From: an uncultured Synergistales bacterium
GTDB lineage: Bacteria > Synergistota > Synergistia > Synergistales > Aminobacteriaceae
Length of the DNA stretch: 37,147 bases
Reading direction: 5' to 3'
NCBI GenBank assembly: GCA_937897575.1
Contig: CALCQG010000129.1
Span: 1 to 37,147 of the forward strand
The notes under the pieces were generated by a model that was given only the letters and a program-made list of their open reading frames with translations, did not search any database and was not told the origin of the DNA. A program made the position numbers and the translations under genes. Shown here in pieces: positions 1-10,325 of the stretch (the stretch's first letter is position 1; every line of letters begins with the position of its first letter).

Positions 1-38
1 GATCTACACTCTTTCCCTACACGACGCTCTTCCGATCT
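1..38 (+). other. Illumina TruSeq/P5 Read 1 adapter remnant (artefact)
   Basis: GATCTACACTCTTTCCCTACACGACGCTCTTCCGATCT is the 3' part of the Illumina universal adapter, at the contig edge. Confidence 0.98.
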
Positions 39-186
39 CCTATGCCCCGATGGATGTCCCATGAAAATAGCACGCCTCGTATTGGACAAATCGATGTGCC
101 CCCAGATGGTCGCGCATTTCTTGTTCGAAGACCCGTTCAACAGGACACGAACTCCGTGAAGAGGCTTTCTTGCCCTGTAACGATCT

Positions 187-204
187 TTGTGAAATTATTG
201 AAAT
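187..204. promoter_or_regulatory. Candidate Rex operator
   Basis: TTGTGAA-ATTA-TTGAAAT matches TTGTGAA-N4-TTCACAA at 11/14 positions and overlaps the -35; rex is downstream in the same gene run. Confidence 0.45.
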
Positions 205-227
205 GAGCTCCCCTTATTTGTTATACT
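198..227 (+). promoter_or_regulatory. Sigma70-type promoter with extended -10
   Basis: TTGAAA(198-203)-18 bp-TATACT(222-227), TG at 219-220, in an AT-rich patch before the first CDS. Confidence 0.65.
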
Positions 228-260
228 CTTCATCGGTTCGTGCGGGAGGGCAGGGTGACG

Positions 261-1855
<1,595 letters not shown>

Positions 1856-1870
1856 GGAGAGGAACGACAG

Positions 1871-2251
1871 ATGAAGAGGATCATCAGCACGGACAAGGCA
1901 CCTGCGGCAATCGGACCCTACAATCAAGCGATACAGGCGGGTAATTTTCTCTTCTGCTCCGGCCAAATCCCCATCGACCCGGCGACGGGCGCCATGGTGG
2001 AGGGGGGAGTCGGTGAACAGGCCAGGCAGGTGCTGAAAAACGTGCACGCCGTTCTGGAAGCGGCCGGGTACGCAATGACGGACGTCATCAAGGCGACCGT
2101 CTTCGCCCAAAGCATGAAAGATTTCGCGGTGGTGAATGAAATCTACGCCGAGACCTTCAAACAGGAACCGCCCGCCCGGTCCTTCATCGAAGTCGGAGCC
2201 CTCCCGAAGGGGGCACTCGTCGAGATTGAAGTGATCGCCTGGAAAGGATGA
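1871..2251 (+). CDS. ridA: RidA/YjgF family enamine/imine deaminase
   Basis: APAAIGPY.QA, SGQIP, PPARS (catalytic Arg), LPKGALVEIE. Confidence 0.93.
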   Translation: MKRIISTDKAPAAIGPYNQAIQAGNFLFCSGQIPIDPATGAMVEGGVGEQARQVLKNVHAVLEAAGYAMTDVIKATVFAQSMKDFAVVNEIYAETFKQEPPARSFIEVGALPKGALVEIEVIAWKG

Positions 2252-2922
2252 TGGAGAAGAGACCTCTTTCGGATCGCGAGGCGCCGTCCATGAGAATAGC
2301 GGAACCCACCATCGAACGCATCGTCCAGTACCACCGCCTGCTCAAAGAGTTTCTGGAGAGCGGAAGGACGGTGGTGTCCTCGAAGGAGATCGGGGATGCC
2401 CTCTCCTTCAAGGCGAGTCAGGTGCGCAAGGATTTGTCCTACTTCGGAGAGATCGGCAAGAGAGGTGTAGGCTACCACGTCGATCGCCTCTATAATCATA
2501 TCGATCAGATCCTCGCCTTGCCGAAGGAATGCCGAATCGCGCTCGCCGGCGTGGGGCGGCTCGGCGAAGCGCTCCTGAGGCACAAGGCCTTCCGGGACGC
2601 AAAGTACAGCTTCAGGGCCCTGTTCGATATCGACCCTGGTAAGATAGGGAAGTCCTTCCGCGGCATCCCCTGCTTCGACCTTGCCGACGCGCCGAAGATC
2701 ATGAAGCGGGAGCGCATCGAAGTACTTGTCCTCACCGTGCCGGCCGAGACGGCACAGAAAGCTGTCGATATGGCTACGGCCGCGGGGACGGTGAAGGGCA
2801 TTCTCAACTTCTCGCCCGCCACTCTTGTCCTGCCCGCCGGAGTTCTTCTCTGCTCCGTGGATATCTCGCTCGAACTGGAAAAGTTGCTCTTCTATCTCAA
2901 GTACAGAGAGAACCAGCTATAA
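2248..2922 (+). CDS. rex: Redox-sensing transcriptional repressor Rex
   Basis: Winged helix SSKEIG...SQVRKDLSYFGEIGKRGVGY; Rossmann GVGRLG; GILNFSP. Confidence 0.95.
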   Translation: MMEKRPLSDREAPSMRIAEPTIERIVQYHRLLKEFLESGRTVVSSKEIGDALSFKASQVRKDLSYFGEIGKRGVGYHVDRLYNHIDQILALPKECRIALAGVGRLGEALLRHKAFRDAKYSFRALFDIDPGKIGKSFRGIPCFDLADAPKIMKRERIEVLVLTVPAETAQKAVDMATAAGTVKGILNFSPATLVLPAGVLLCSVDISLELEKLLFYLKYRENQL

Positions 2923-2938
2923 TCGCACCACGGAGGAT

Positions 2939-2962
2939 CACATACACCTACACATATACCTA
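2939..2962 (+). repeat. 12-bp imperfect tandem repeat in yajC leader
   Basis: CACATACACCTA / CACATATACCTA (11/12 identical) directly before SD GAGGAGG. Confidence 0.8.
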
Positions 2963-2977
2963 GAGGAGGGTTTGTAC

Positions 2978-3337
2978 ATGGGTCAGCAAGCAGCATCACA
3001 GGGTAGCGCCATGGGAATGCTTTTCCCGCTCGCAATATTTGCCGTCATCTTCTACTTCTTTATCCTTCGGCCTCAGAAGAAGCGGCAAAAGGCACAGAAC
3101 GAGCTTCTCAACTCCCTTGGCAGGGGAGATCAGGTCGTCACCATCGGCGGTTTTTTCGGGACGATCCGCGACGTCAAGGATGACAGCCTCATCGTTGAAA
3201 TAGCCGACGGCGTAAAGGTCAAGGTCCTGAAATCGGCGGTGGCTACGAAACGGACACAATCTCAACCCGCTCCTCAGCCGCAGAAGGAGAGCGACGCTCA
3301 GGGAGCGCCCGAGGAGAAAGACGCTGAAACGAAATAG
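2978..3337 (+). CDS. yajC: Preprotein translocase subunit YajC
   Basis: TM helix then FYFFILRPQKKRQK...GDQVVTIGGFFG; strong SD; upstream of secDF. Confidence 0.96.
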   Translation: MGQQAASQGSAMGMLFPLAIFAVIFYFFILRPQKKRQKAQNELLNSLGRGDQVVTIGGFFGTIRDVKDDSLIVEIADGVKVKVLKSAVATKRTQSQPAPQPQKESDAQGAPEEKDAETK

Positions 3338-3435
3338 GTCTTTGTCCTGCCCGTACCAATTGCTGTACAAGTACCGGAATATTACGTGCCGAAGGCGTTC
3401 ATTCGTTTGAGCGGCATATTCAGGAGGGACGATGT

Positions 3436-4833
3436 ATGTTGAGACGAGACCGGTGGAGACTTGGGATCGTCGCTGCCGTAGTTGTCGTGGCGTTGATTGC
3501 GATCTTCCCCATTAAGGGCAGAATTAATCTTGGCCTGGACCTGAAGGGGGGAGCGCACATCGTCCTTCAGGCTAAGGAAAGCGGAAGTAACAAGGTGACG
3601 GAGGACAGTATCAACAAGCTCCTTGCCGTCCTCAGAAACAGGATCGACCAATACGGCGTCGCGGAGCCCGTAATCCAGAGACAGGGAGCCGACCGGGTGA
3701 TCGTTGATCTGCCCGGGATACAGGACCCGAACGCCGCGCTCGAACTCATAGGGAAGACGGCTTTCCTCGAGTTCAGGCAGGTGCTTGAGGCGACGTCGGC
3801 GGTGCCGCCCGGACCGATCCGCTCGAACTACGGCAATGACGCGGAGTTCGAAACGGCTCAGAAACGCTGGAACGAGGCAAAGACCGCCGTCGAAGTCCAG
3901 AAAGCGAGCCTCGAGGCCAAGGCAGCTTCCGTGAACGAGGCGGTCATCGCCCAGGGCGACGAGGACCGGTACTATCTCCTCGGCGCGATGCTCGTCGGCG
4001 GGAAGGACTTGGTGGACGCGAAGACGAATTATGATCAGCTCGGCCGTCCCGTGGTCAGTCTGGAGTTCAACTCTGAAGGTGCCCGTCTCTTCGAGCAGGC
4101 TACGAACGACAATGTCGGAAAGCAAATCGCCATCGTGCTCGACAACGCCGTCATATCGGCCCCCGTTGTTCAGGAACGAATTGCCGGAGGGCGCGCCCAG
4201 ATATCCGGGCGTTTCTCCACGGAGGAGGCAAGCCGTCTCGCAATCATGCTTCGGGCCGGAGCGCTCCCCGTTGACGTCGAAGTCATCGAAAACCGGACTG
4301 TCGGCCCAAGCCTCGGCGAGGACTCGATCAGAGCCGGGATACAGGCCGGTACGCTCGGAGTGATCCTCGTCTTCCTCTTCATGCTGCTCTATTACCGGTT
4401 CCTCGGCATTGCAGCGGATATGGCCCTTTTCGTGACGATCCTCCTGTGCTTTGCAGGGTTGATCTCGTTGAAGGCGACGCTCACCCTGCCCGGCATCGCC
4501 GGCCTCGTCCTCACCATCGGAATGGCCGTCGACGGCAACGTGCTCATCTATGAACGCATGCGCGAGGAGATCGAGGCGGGGAAGACGCCCTTGGCCGCCA
4601 TGGAGGCCGGGTTCAAGAAGGCGCTCTCGGCGATCATCGACTCCAACATCACGACCCTTCTGGCCGGTGTCGTGCTTTTCTACTTCGGAAGCGGCCCCGT
4701 CCGGGGGTTTGCTGTCACGCTCAGCATCGGCATAGTGGCCAGCGTTTTCAGCAACGTGGTCGTGACGCGGGCGATCCTGCAGCTGCTCGTGGGACGCAAC
4801 CGTCAGCGGGACGCACTACTCTTCCGCTTTTAA
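3436..4833 (+). CDS. secD: Protein translocase subunit SecD
   Basis: LGLDLKGG, RIDQYGVAEP, IAIVLD, LRAGALP, VGPSLG, GMAVDGNVLIYER, DSNITT. Confidence 0.98.
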   Translation: MLRRDRWRLGIVAAVVVVALIAIFPIKGRINLGLDLKGGAHIVLQAKESGSNKVTEDSINKLLAVLRNRIDQYGVAEPVIQRQGADRVIVDLPGIQDPNAALELIGKTAFLEFRQVLEATSAVPPGPIRSNYGNDAEFETAQKRWNEAKTAVEVQKASLEAKAASVNEAVIAQGDEDRYYLLGAMLVGGKDLVDAKTNYDQLGRPVVSLEFNSEGARLFEQATNDNVGKQIAIVLDNAVISAPVVQERIAGGRAQISGRFSTEEASRLAIMLRAGALPVDVEVIENRTVGPSLGEDSIRAGIQAGTLGVILVFLFMLLYYRFLGIAADMALFVTILLCFAGLISLKATLTLPGIAGLVLTIGMAVDGNVLIYERMREEIEAGKTPLAAMEAGFKKALSAIIDSNITTLLAGVVLFYFGSGPVRGFAVTLSIGIVASVFSNVVVTRAILQLLVGRNRQRDALLFRF

Positions 4834-4852
4834 TGGTCGGAGGGCATAGTCA

Positions 4853-5728
4853 ATGAGAGTACGATACATAGACTTTATGAAATGGCGTAAAGTGGCGATA
4901 GCCTTGAGTGCGTTCCTCATGATCGGCAGCATTGTGCTGCTCTTCACCAAGGGGCTGAACCTCGGCATCGATTTCACCGGCGGCAATGTCGTCCAGGTGG
5001 AATTCCCTCAGGCCGTCGAGGTCGGGGCCGTCCGCGATATCCTCACGTCGAAGGGGCAGGGGAATGCCCTCATTCAGGCATACAGCGACACAGGGCTCAT
5101 CATCCGGATGAACGCCAACGACGACGACGTTCGGAAGGACGTAGTGGACGCGCTGCAGACGCAGTACCCAGGCATGCAGGTGACGCGTCTCGAGAAGGTC
5201 GGCCCCGTCGTGGGATCCGAACTTCGCAGGGAGGCGTACATCGCCCTCTCTCTGGCTCTTGCGGGCATTCTCATCTACGTGACCGTCCGTTTCCAGTTCC
5301 GCATCGCCATGGTCAGCGTGCTCGCCCTCGTCCACGACGTCCTCATCACCGTGGGTGCGACGAGCCTCTTCAATATCGAAGTATCCTCGACGTTCATCGC
5401 CGCCATCCTGACCATCGTCGGGTACTCCCTGAACGACTCCATCGTCATCTTCGACAGAGTGCGGGAGAACTGGCGGGAACTCAGGACAAAGGGGATCCTC
5501 CAGCTTGTCAACGACTGTATAAATCAGACGTTGTCCAGGACCATCAACACCTCACTGACCACCCTCATGCCGGTCCTCTGCCTCTACATCCTGGGCGGGG
5601 AAGTCCTCCGGACCTTCTCCTTCGCCATGCTCATCGGCCTGATAGCGGGAATATTCAGCACCCTGTTCATCGCCACGGGCGTCCTCGTGGAGTGGTGGAT
5701 ACGTTCTCCGCGGAAGGATCTCGCATGA
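4853..5728 (+). CDS. secF: Protein translocase subunit SecF
   Basis: LNLGIDFTGG, VGPVVG.EL, HDV, GYSLNDSIVIFDRVREN, QTLSRTINTS. Confidence 0.98.
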   Translation: MRVRYIDFMKWRKVAIALSAFLMIGSIVLLFTKGLNLGIDFTGGNVVQVEFPQAVEVGAVRDILTSKGQGNALIQAYSDTGLIIRMNANDDDVRKDVVDALQTQYPGMQVTRLEKVGPVVGSELRREAYIALSLALAGILIYVTVRFQFRIAMVSVLALVHDVLITVGATSLFNIEVSSTFIAAILTIVGYSLNDSIVIFDRVRENWRELRTKGILQLVNDCINQTLSRTINTSLTTLMPVLCLYILGGEVLRTFSFAMLIGLIAGIFSTLFIATGVLVEWWIRSPRKDLA

Positions 5729-5732
5729 TTCG

Positions 5733-5759
5733 AAGCCCCTCGTCACGAGGGGCTTTTTT
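5733..5759 (+). terminator. Intrinsic terminator after secF
   Basis: AAGCCCCTCG-TCA-CGAGGGGCTT hairpin followed by T tract. Confidence 0.9.
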
Positions 5760-5778
5760 CGTCCCCCGCGGCGAACGG

Positions 5779-5807
5779 TTTACTTCTTAAACGGCAGCGA
5801 CTACAAT
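5779..5807 (+). promoter_or_regulatory. Sigma70-type promoter for lapA-recJ-rel run
   Basis: TTTACT(5779-5784)-17 bp-TACAAT(5802-5807) just after the secF terminator. Confidence 0.65.
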
Positions 5808-5816
5808 GAACGGATA

Positions 5817-5894
5817 TAGGAATGCCTGACCTTCGTGAACAGGCAGCCTAAGTAGGATTGCCGTGGCAAATCCGCCACGTCGGCGCGAAGGAGG
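5817..5894 (+). promoter_or_regulatory. Structured 5' leader with possible loop-SD pseudoknot
   Basis: TAGG/CCTA plus TGCCTG/CAGGCA stem; loop CCTTCGTG complementary to CGCGAAGG (5884-5891, overlaps SD); second hairpin CGTGGC/GCCACG. Confidence 0.4.
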
Positions 5895-5902
5895 AATGTT
5901 CC

Positions 5903-6325
5903 GTGAGAAGCTATGCCCTTGCCATCGCTTTTTCCGTGCTGCTTTCGGCGGTGTACGCATTTCAGAACCCCGGGGACATAACCGTCCGCTTTCTGCTCTG
6001 GTCCCGGGAGGTGCCCCAGGGCATATGGGAGGCGGCCGTCTTTGCGGCGGGGTGTGTCCTTATGTGGATCGTGTCCTTGTCGGCGCACCTCGAAATTCGG
6101 GGGAAGTACCGACACCAGATAAAGGAGCAGGAGACAAAGATCAAGAAACTCGAGGACGAACGCCTCGCCTTTCTCCGCACGGCGGCGAAGGACCACGAAA
6201 CTCCTGTCCGGGCATCAGTGGAGCCCGAACCAATACCGATCGTCGAGACAGAACCCATCACGACCTATGAACCGAGTGCAAACGGTGAACACGTCCTTGC
6301 GACCGACGAGGATATCTTGTCGTGA
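5903..6325 (+). CDS. LapA/DUF1049 family membrane protein
   Basis: TM-AFQN....V.FL.W-TM then coiled coil (IKEQETKIKKLEDE); GTG start after AAGGAGG; upstream of recJ like B. subtilis yrvD. Confidence 0.8.
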   Translation: MRSYALAIAFSVLLSAVYAFQNPGDITVRFLLWSREVPQGIWEAAVFAAGCVLMWIVSLSAHLEIRGKYRHQIKEQETKIKKLEDERLAFLRTAAKDHETPVRASVEPEPIPIVETEPITTYEPSANGEHVLATDEDILS

Positions 6326-7977
6326 TCTCGCTTTGTCCCTCCGCTCGAGTGAACATCTTCAGGCCGTCCCATGCCGCGTGCGCGTTGGCCGAATATCTGG
6401 AGTGCTCTCATCTTACGGCGTCCGTCCTCGAGAGCCGCAACATGACGGCCGACTCGGTGGAGGACCTTCGCGCCGCACTGGCTCAACCGCTGGAGGCCCT
6501 GCTCGAGCCCGTTCGCCTTGGCCGAAACGCGGCGGACACGGCCAAGCGGTGGAAGGCCACTGAGAACCTCGGAAATGTCCTCGTGTACGGTGATTATGAC
6601 GTGGACGGCGTTTCGTCCACGACTCTGGCGCTGGAGCTGTGCCGGACGAAAGCCACGAGCGCCCGTTTTTTCATCCCGCACCGTGACGAACAGGGCTACG
6701 GGCTGCACGAGTCCGTCCTGGAAGAGCTTCTTCCCCACGGATGGGATACGCTGATCGTCACCGACTGCGGCTCCAAGGACACCCACATTCTCCAGCGCGC
6801 CGTTGATGCCGGGTTGAACGTCTTCGTCTTCGACCATCACCTCCCCGAGGGCGGTGAACCTTTTCATCCTACGGTGGTCAACCCTCATGACGGCGCTGGA
6901 TGCGATGTGGGCAAGAGCCTGTCTGCCACGACGGTCCTTTGGGCATGGGCGTGGATCTACGACATCGTGGCGAAGGAGGACCTGAGGAGGGCTCTTGATT
7001 TGGCGGCCCTCGCGACGCTGGCCGACTGCATGCCCCTCACTGCGCTGAACCGGTCCTTTGTCCGGCACGGCCTGGCGCTTCTCAACAGGGCTCCGAAACC
7101 CGGCCTCGAGGCGCTCTTCCGAAAGCTCGGCATGACGCCTGGGACATTGACGGAGGAGACCCTGACGATGAGAGTTATCCCCTGTCTGAATGCGGCCGGC
7201 AGGATGGACTTCGCCGATACGGCCGTCGCGGTGTTGCGCAACGGCCGTGAACAGGAGGAGCAGGTGGACAACCTCATCCTCCTGAATAAAAAACGGCAGG
7301 CCCTCTCGGGGCGGATATCGGAGGAGGCATCCCTTCTTCTCAGAGATTCTCCCTTCAACCACGTGGCCCTCGGGGAGACATGGCCTGTCGGCGTTCTCAG
7401 CAGCGTCGCAAGCAGACTCTGCAACCAGCTCTCCACGCCTGTGGTCCTCGCTGCACCCGTCCGCGGAGGGATACGGGGGACGCTTCGCGTTCCCGAAGGG
7501 GGAGACGCCATGGAGATACTGAACCCCATCGCGTCCCGTCTGGATGCCTGGGGAGGACATCGTTTCGCCGCCGGATTTTCCGTCTCGAGAAACAACTGGG
7601 ACGGCGTCGCCCTGTACCTCGAGAAATCCCTCGCCGCGGTGGAGGTGGAGGAACCGCTCCTGGACGCCCTTGAACGCCTGCCCGGGGACATCACGCTGAA
7701 GGAGTGGAAAGAGCTGCAACTTCTGGGCCCCTTCGGCAACGGGAATCCGTCCCCTCTCTTCTATGCGCCCGCGGACGGGGCATGGGGTCTTCTCCCCCTC
7801 GGGAAGACGGGCCGCCACGTCCAGATTGAGATGGACGGCAGCCGGATTCTCGCCTTTGACGGAGAGAAGCTTCGCGAGTGGTTCGACAAAGCGCGAGGAA
7901 TCCTCTACCGGCCGCGCATCGACACGTGGAGAGGCGTGGAGCGCCTCCAGTACCTGGTGGAATACATCGTCGTCTGA
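6322..7977 (+). CDS. recJ: ssDNA-specific exonuclease RecJ (DHH family)
   Basis: YGDYDVDG, PHR...GYGL, TDCG, DHH, LADCMPL, LNAAGR, GGH..AAG, L.PFG.GNP.P. Confidence 0.93.
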   Translation: MISLCPSARVNIFRPSHAACALAEYLECSHLTASVLESRNMTADSVEDLRAALAQPLEALLEPVRLGRNAADTAKRWKATENLGNVLVYGDYDVDGVSSTTLALELCRTKATSARFFIPHRDEQGYGLHESVLEELLPHGWDTLIVTDCGSKDTHILQRAVDAGLNVFVFDHHLPEGGEPFHPTVVNPHDGAGCDVGKSLSATTVLWAWAWIYDIVAKEDLRRALDLAALATLADCMPLTALNRSFVRHGLALLNRAPKPGLEALFRKLGMTPGTLTEETLTMRVIPCLNAAGRMDFADTAVAVLRNGREQEEQVDNLILLNKKRQALSGRISEEASLLLRDSPFNHVALGETWPVGVLSSVASRLCNQLSTPVVLAAPVRGGIRGTLRVPEGGDAMEILNPIASRLDAWGGHRFAAGFSVSRNNWDGVALYLEKSLAAVEVEEPLLDALERLPGDITLKEWKELQLLGPFGNGNPSPLFYAPADGAWGLLPLGKTGRHVQIEMDGSRILAFDGEKLREWFDKARGILYRPRIDTWRGVERLQYLVEYIVV

Positions 7978-7990
7978 CGGAGCCGGAACC

Positions 7991-10319
7991 ATGGACTTTG
8001 AAGAGAGAGAACAGGATCGTTTCCACGAACTGACCCCCCTTTCCGGGACTGAAAGGGAAACAGAGGAGAAGGAGGGCGCCCTCGACCGAAAATCTTCGGG
8101 CCTCCTCCGGGACAGCTACATCGGCCGAATCCCGGAGGAAGACCGTCAAGTTCGCCTGGCATGAACTGTGGTCAAAGGTCGTCCATTACCTCAGCAAGGA
8201 CCAGCTCATGCAGCTCGGGGAGGCTCTGGTGTACGCGAGCGCCGCCCATAAAGACCAGAAGAGATCGTCGGGGGACCCCTACATCGTCCACAGCATCAGC
8301 GTGGGCGTCATCCTCGCCGACATGCAGCTCGACGCCGTGACCCTCATGGCGGCCCTTCTTCACGATGTCCTGGAGGACACGGAGACGAACGAGGAGAGCA
8401 TTAAGAGCACCTTCGGCTCCGAGGTCGCAACCCTCGTCGACGGCGTCACAAAACTGGGAAAGCTCCCCTTCAAGACGTTCGAGGACTATCAGGCCGAGAA
8501 CCTCAGGAAGATGTTCGTCGTTATGGCGAAGGACATCCGGGTCGTGCTCATAAAGCTTGCGGACAGGCTCCACAACATGCGCACCCTCGGCGCCCTGCGC
8601 AAGGACAAACAGATGCGCATCGCGCAGGAAACGCTGGAGATCTATGCCCCTCTTGCCCACCGTCTCGGCATCTATCAGGTGAAACGGGGGCTCGAGGACC
8701 TCGCCTTCAAGTACGCCGATCCGGAGATGTACTACGAGATCCGGCGGCGAGTCAGAAAAAAACTCCCCGCCCGCGAGGCGATCGTGAAACAAGCCATGGA
8801 ACTCCTGACCGCGCGGCTGGAGGAGGAGGGCATCCGCTGTCGGGTCAAGGGACGGGCCAAGCACTTCTACAGCATCTACGAGAAGATGAATCGCAAGCAG
8901 GTCCCCGTGGAGCAGCTCTATGACCTTCTGGCCATCCGAGTGGTCGTCGAGGACATCACCACCTGTTACACCGTTCTCGGACTGGTCCACACCATATGGA
9001 AGCCTATCCCGGGGCAGTTCGACGATTACATAGCGAACCCCAAGAACAACATGTACCAGTCCCTTCACACGACGGTCCTCGGCCCCACGGGCGAACCTCT
9101 GGAGGTTCAGATCAGAACCTGGGATATGAACTACCTCGCCGAGTACGGAATCGCCGCGCACTGGCGGTACAAGGAGGGCGGACGGGGGCTTGACGATCTT
9201 GACACGAAGCTGACATGGATACGGCAGGCCCTCGAGGCGGATCACGAGGGGACGTCCGACTCCTCGGAGTTCCTCGATCGTCTGAAGGACGACGTGCTCT
9301 CGTCGGAGGTCTTCGTCTTCACACCCCAGGGCGAGGTGGTCTCCCTTCCGAACGGATCGACGCCGCTCGACTTCGCCTTCGCGATCCACACGCAGGTCGG
9401 AATGCAGTGTGTCGGAGCCATGGTCAACAACAGGATCGTGCCCATGGGGCACGAACTGCAGAACGGCGACATCGTCAAGATCATCACGTCGGCCCAGGGC
9501 GCTCCCTCGAGGGACTGGCTGAAGTTCGCGCGGAGCAGCAAGGCCAGAGGGAAGATAAAATCCTACTTCCGAAACCTCGAGAAGTCGGAGCGCATGGAGA
9601 AGATCCAGAGAGGGCGCGACCTCCTTGAACGGGAAGTGCACCGGCGGGGTACGCCCGAATTCAAGGATTTCGAGGAGCTGACCCCGCTTCTCAACAAGAT
9701 AGCGAAGGACGCAGGGCAGGGCAACGGGGAGGATCTTCTCGCCGCCATAGGCGGCGGAGGCCAGAGTGTCTCCCTCATCGCCCAGCGCCTTGCAGGAAAG
9801 GTCCAGACACAGCAGCAACCGGCACAACCTCTGCCCATGCCTCAGGAGGCGGAGAAACAGACGTCCTTCACGGCGAAAAAAGGGGAGTCCGTGATCATCG
9901 TCGAGGGGGCGGAGGGCGTTCAGGTCGTTCTCGCGAACTGCTGCTACCCTGTTCCGGGCGACCCCATCGTCGGATTCTCCACCCGGACACGGGGAATAAC
10001 GGTCCACCGGGCGGACTGCGAGAACGTGAAGACCGCAAAAGAGGAGCGGATCATCGGCGTCTCGTGGGGGAACACGGGGAACAAGCGGTTCACCGCCCGT
10101 CTGAAGCTCGAGGGGACGGACAGGAACGGTCTGTTCGGCGACGTGGCGGAGGCGATCGGCGCGGCGGACGGCAGTCTGTCGGGCGTCAAGGCCGGGGTCG
10201 TGGGCGGCAACCTGGCTCGGATGAAGATCGAGGTCCGGGTCCGGGACCTGGAGCATTTCTACGCCATCGTGGCGAAGATCAACGCGGTCAAGGGAATGAT
10301 TCAGGTTACCAGGGGGTGA
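7991..10319 (+). CDS. rel: Long RSH (p)ppGpp synthetase/hydrolase with apparent +1 frameshift near 8141-8150 (7991-8164 plus frame ending 10319)
   Basis: HD motif LLHDVLED, IKLADRLHNMRT, YQSLHT, EVQIRT, AAHWRYK, TGS, CC and ACT domains. Rel-like sequence TVKFAWHELWSKVVHYLSKDQ continues upstream of ATG 8208 with no in-frame start. Confidence 0.92.
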
Positions 10320-10325
10320 CGGGGC

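Noticed and set aside
39..140. Possible start of a divergent minus-strand gene (TTG at 140)
   Set aside because: Only about 34 codons before the adapter, weak SD spacing and no recognisable motif.
2491..2496. Perfect TATAAT inside rex
   Set aside because: No convincing -35 or TG extension; explained by Tyr-Asn codons.
8162..8164. TGA as a selenocysteine or readthrough codon in rel
   Set aside because: Readthrough stays in the wrong frame and soon meets a TAA; it cannot join the Rel frame.
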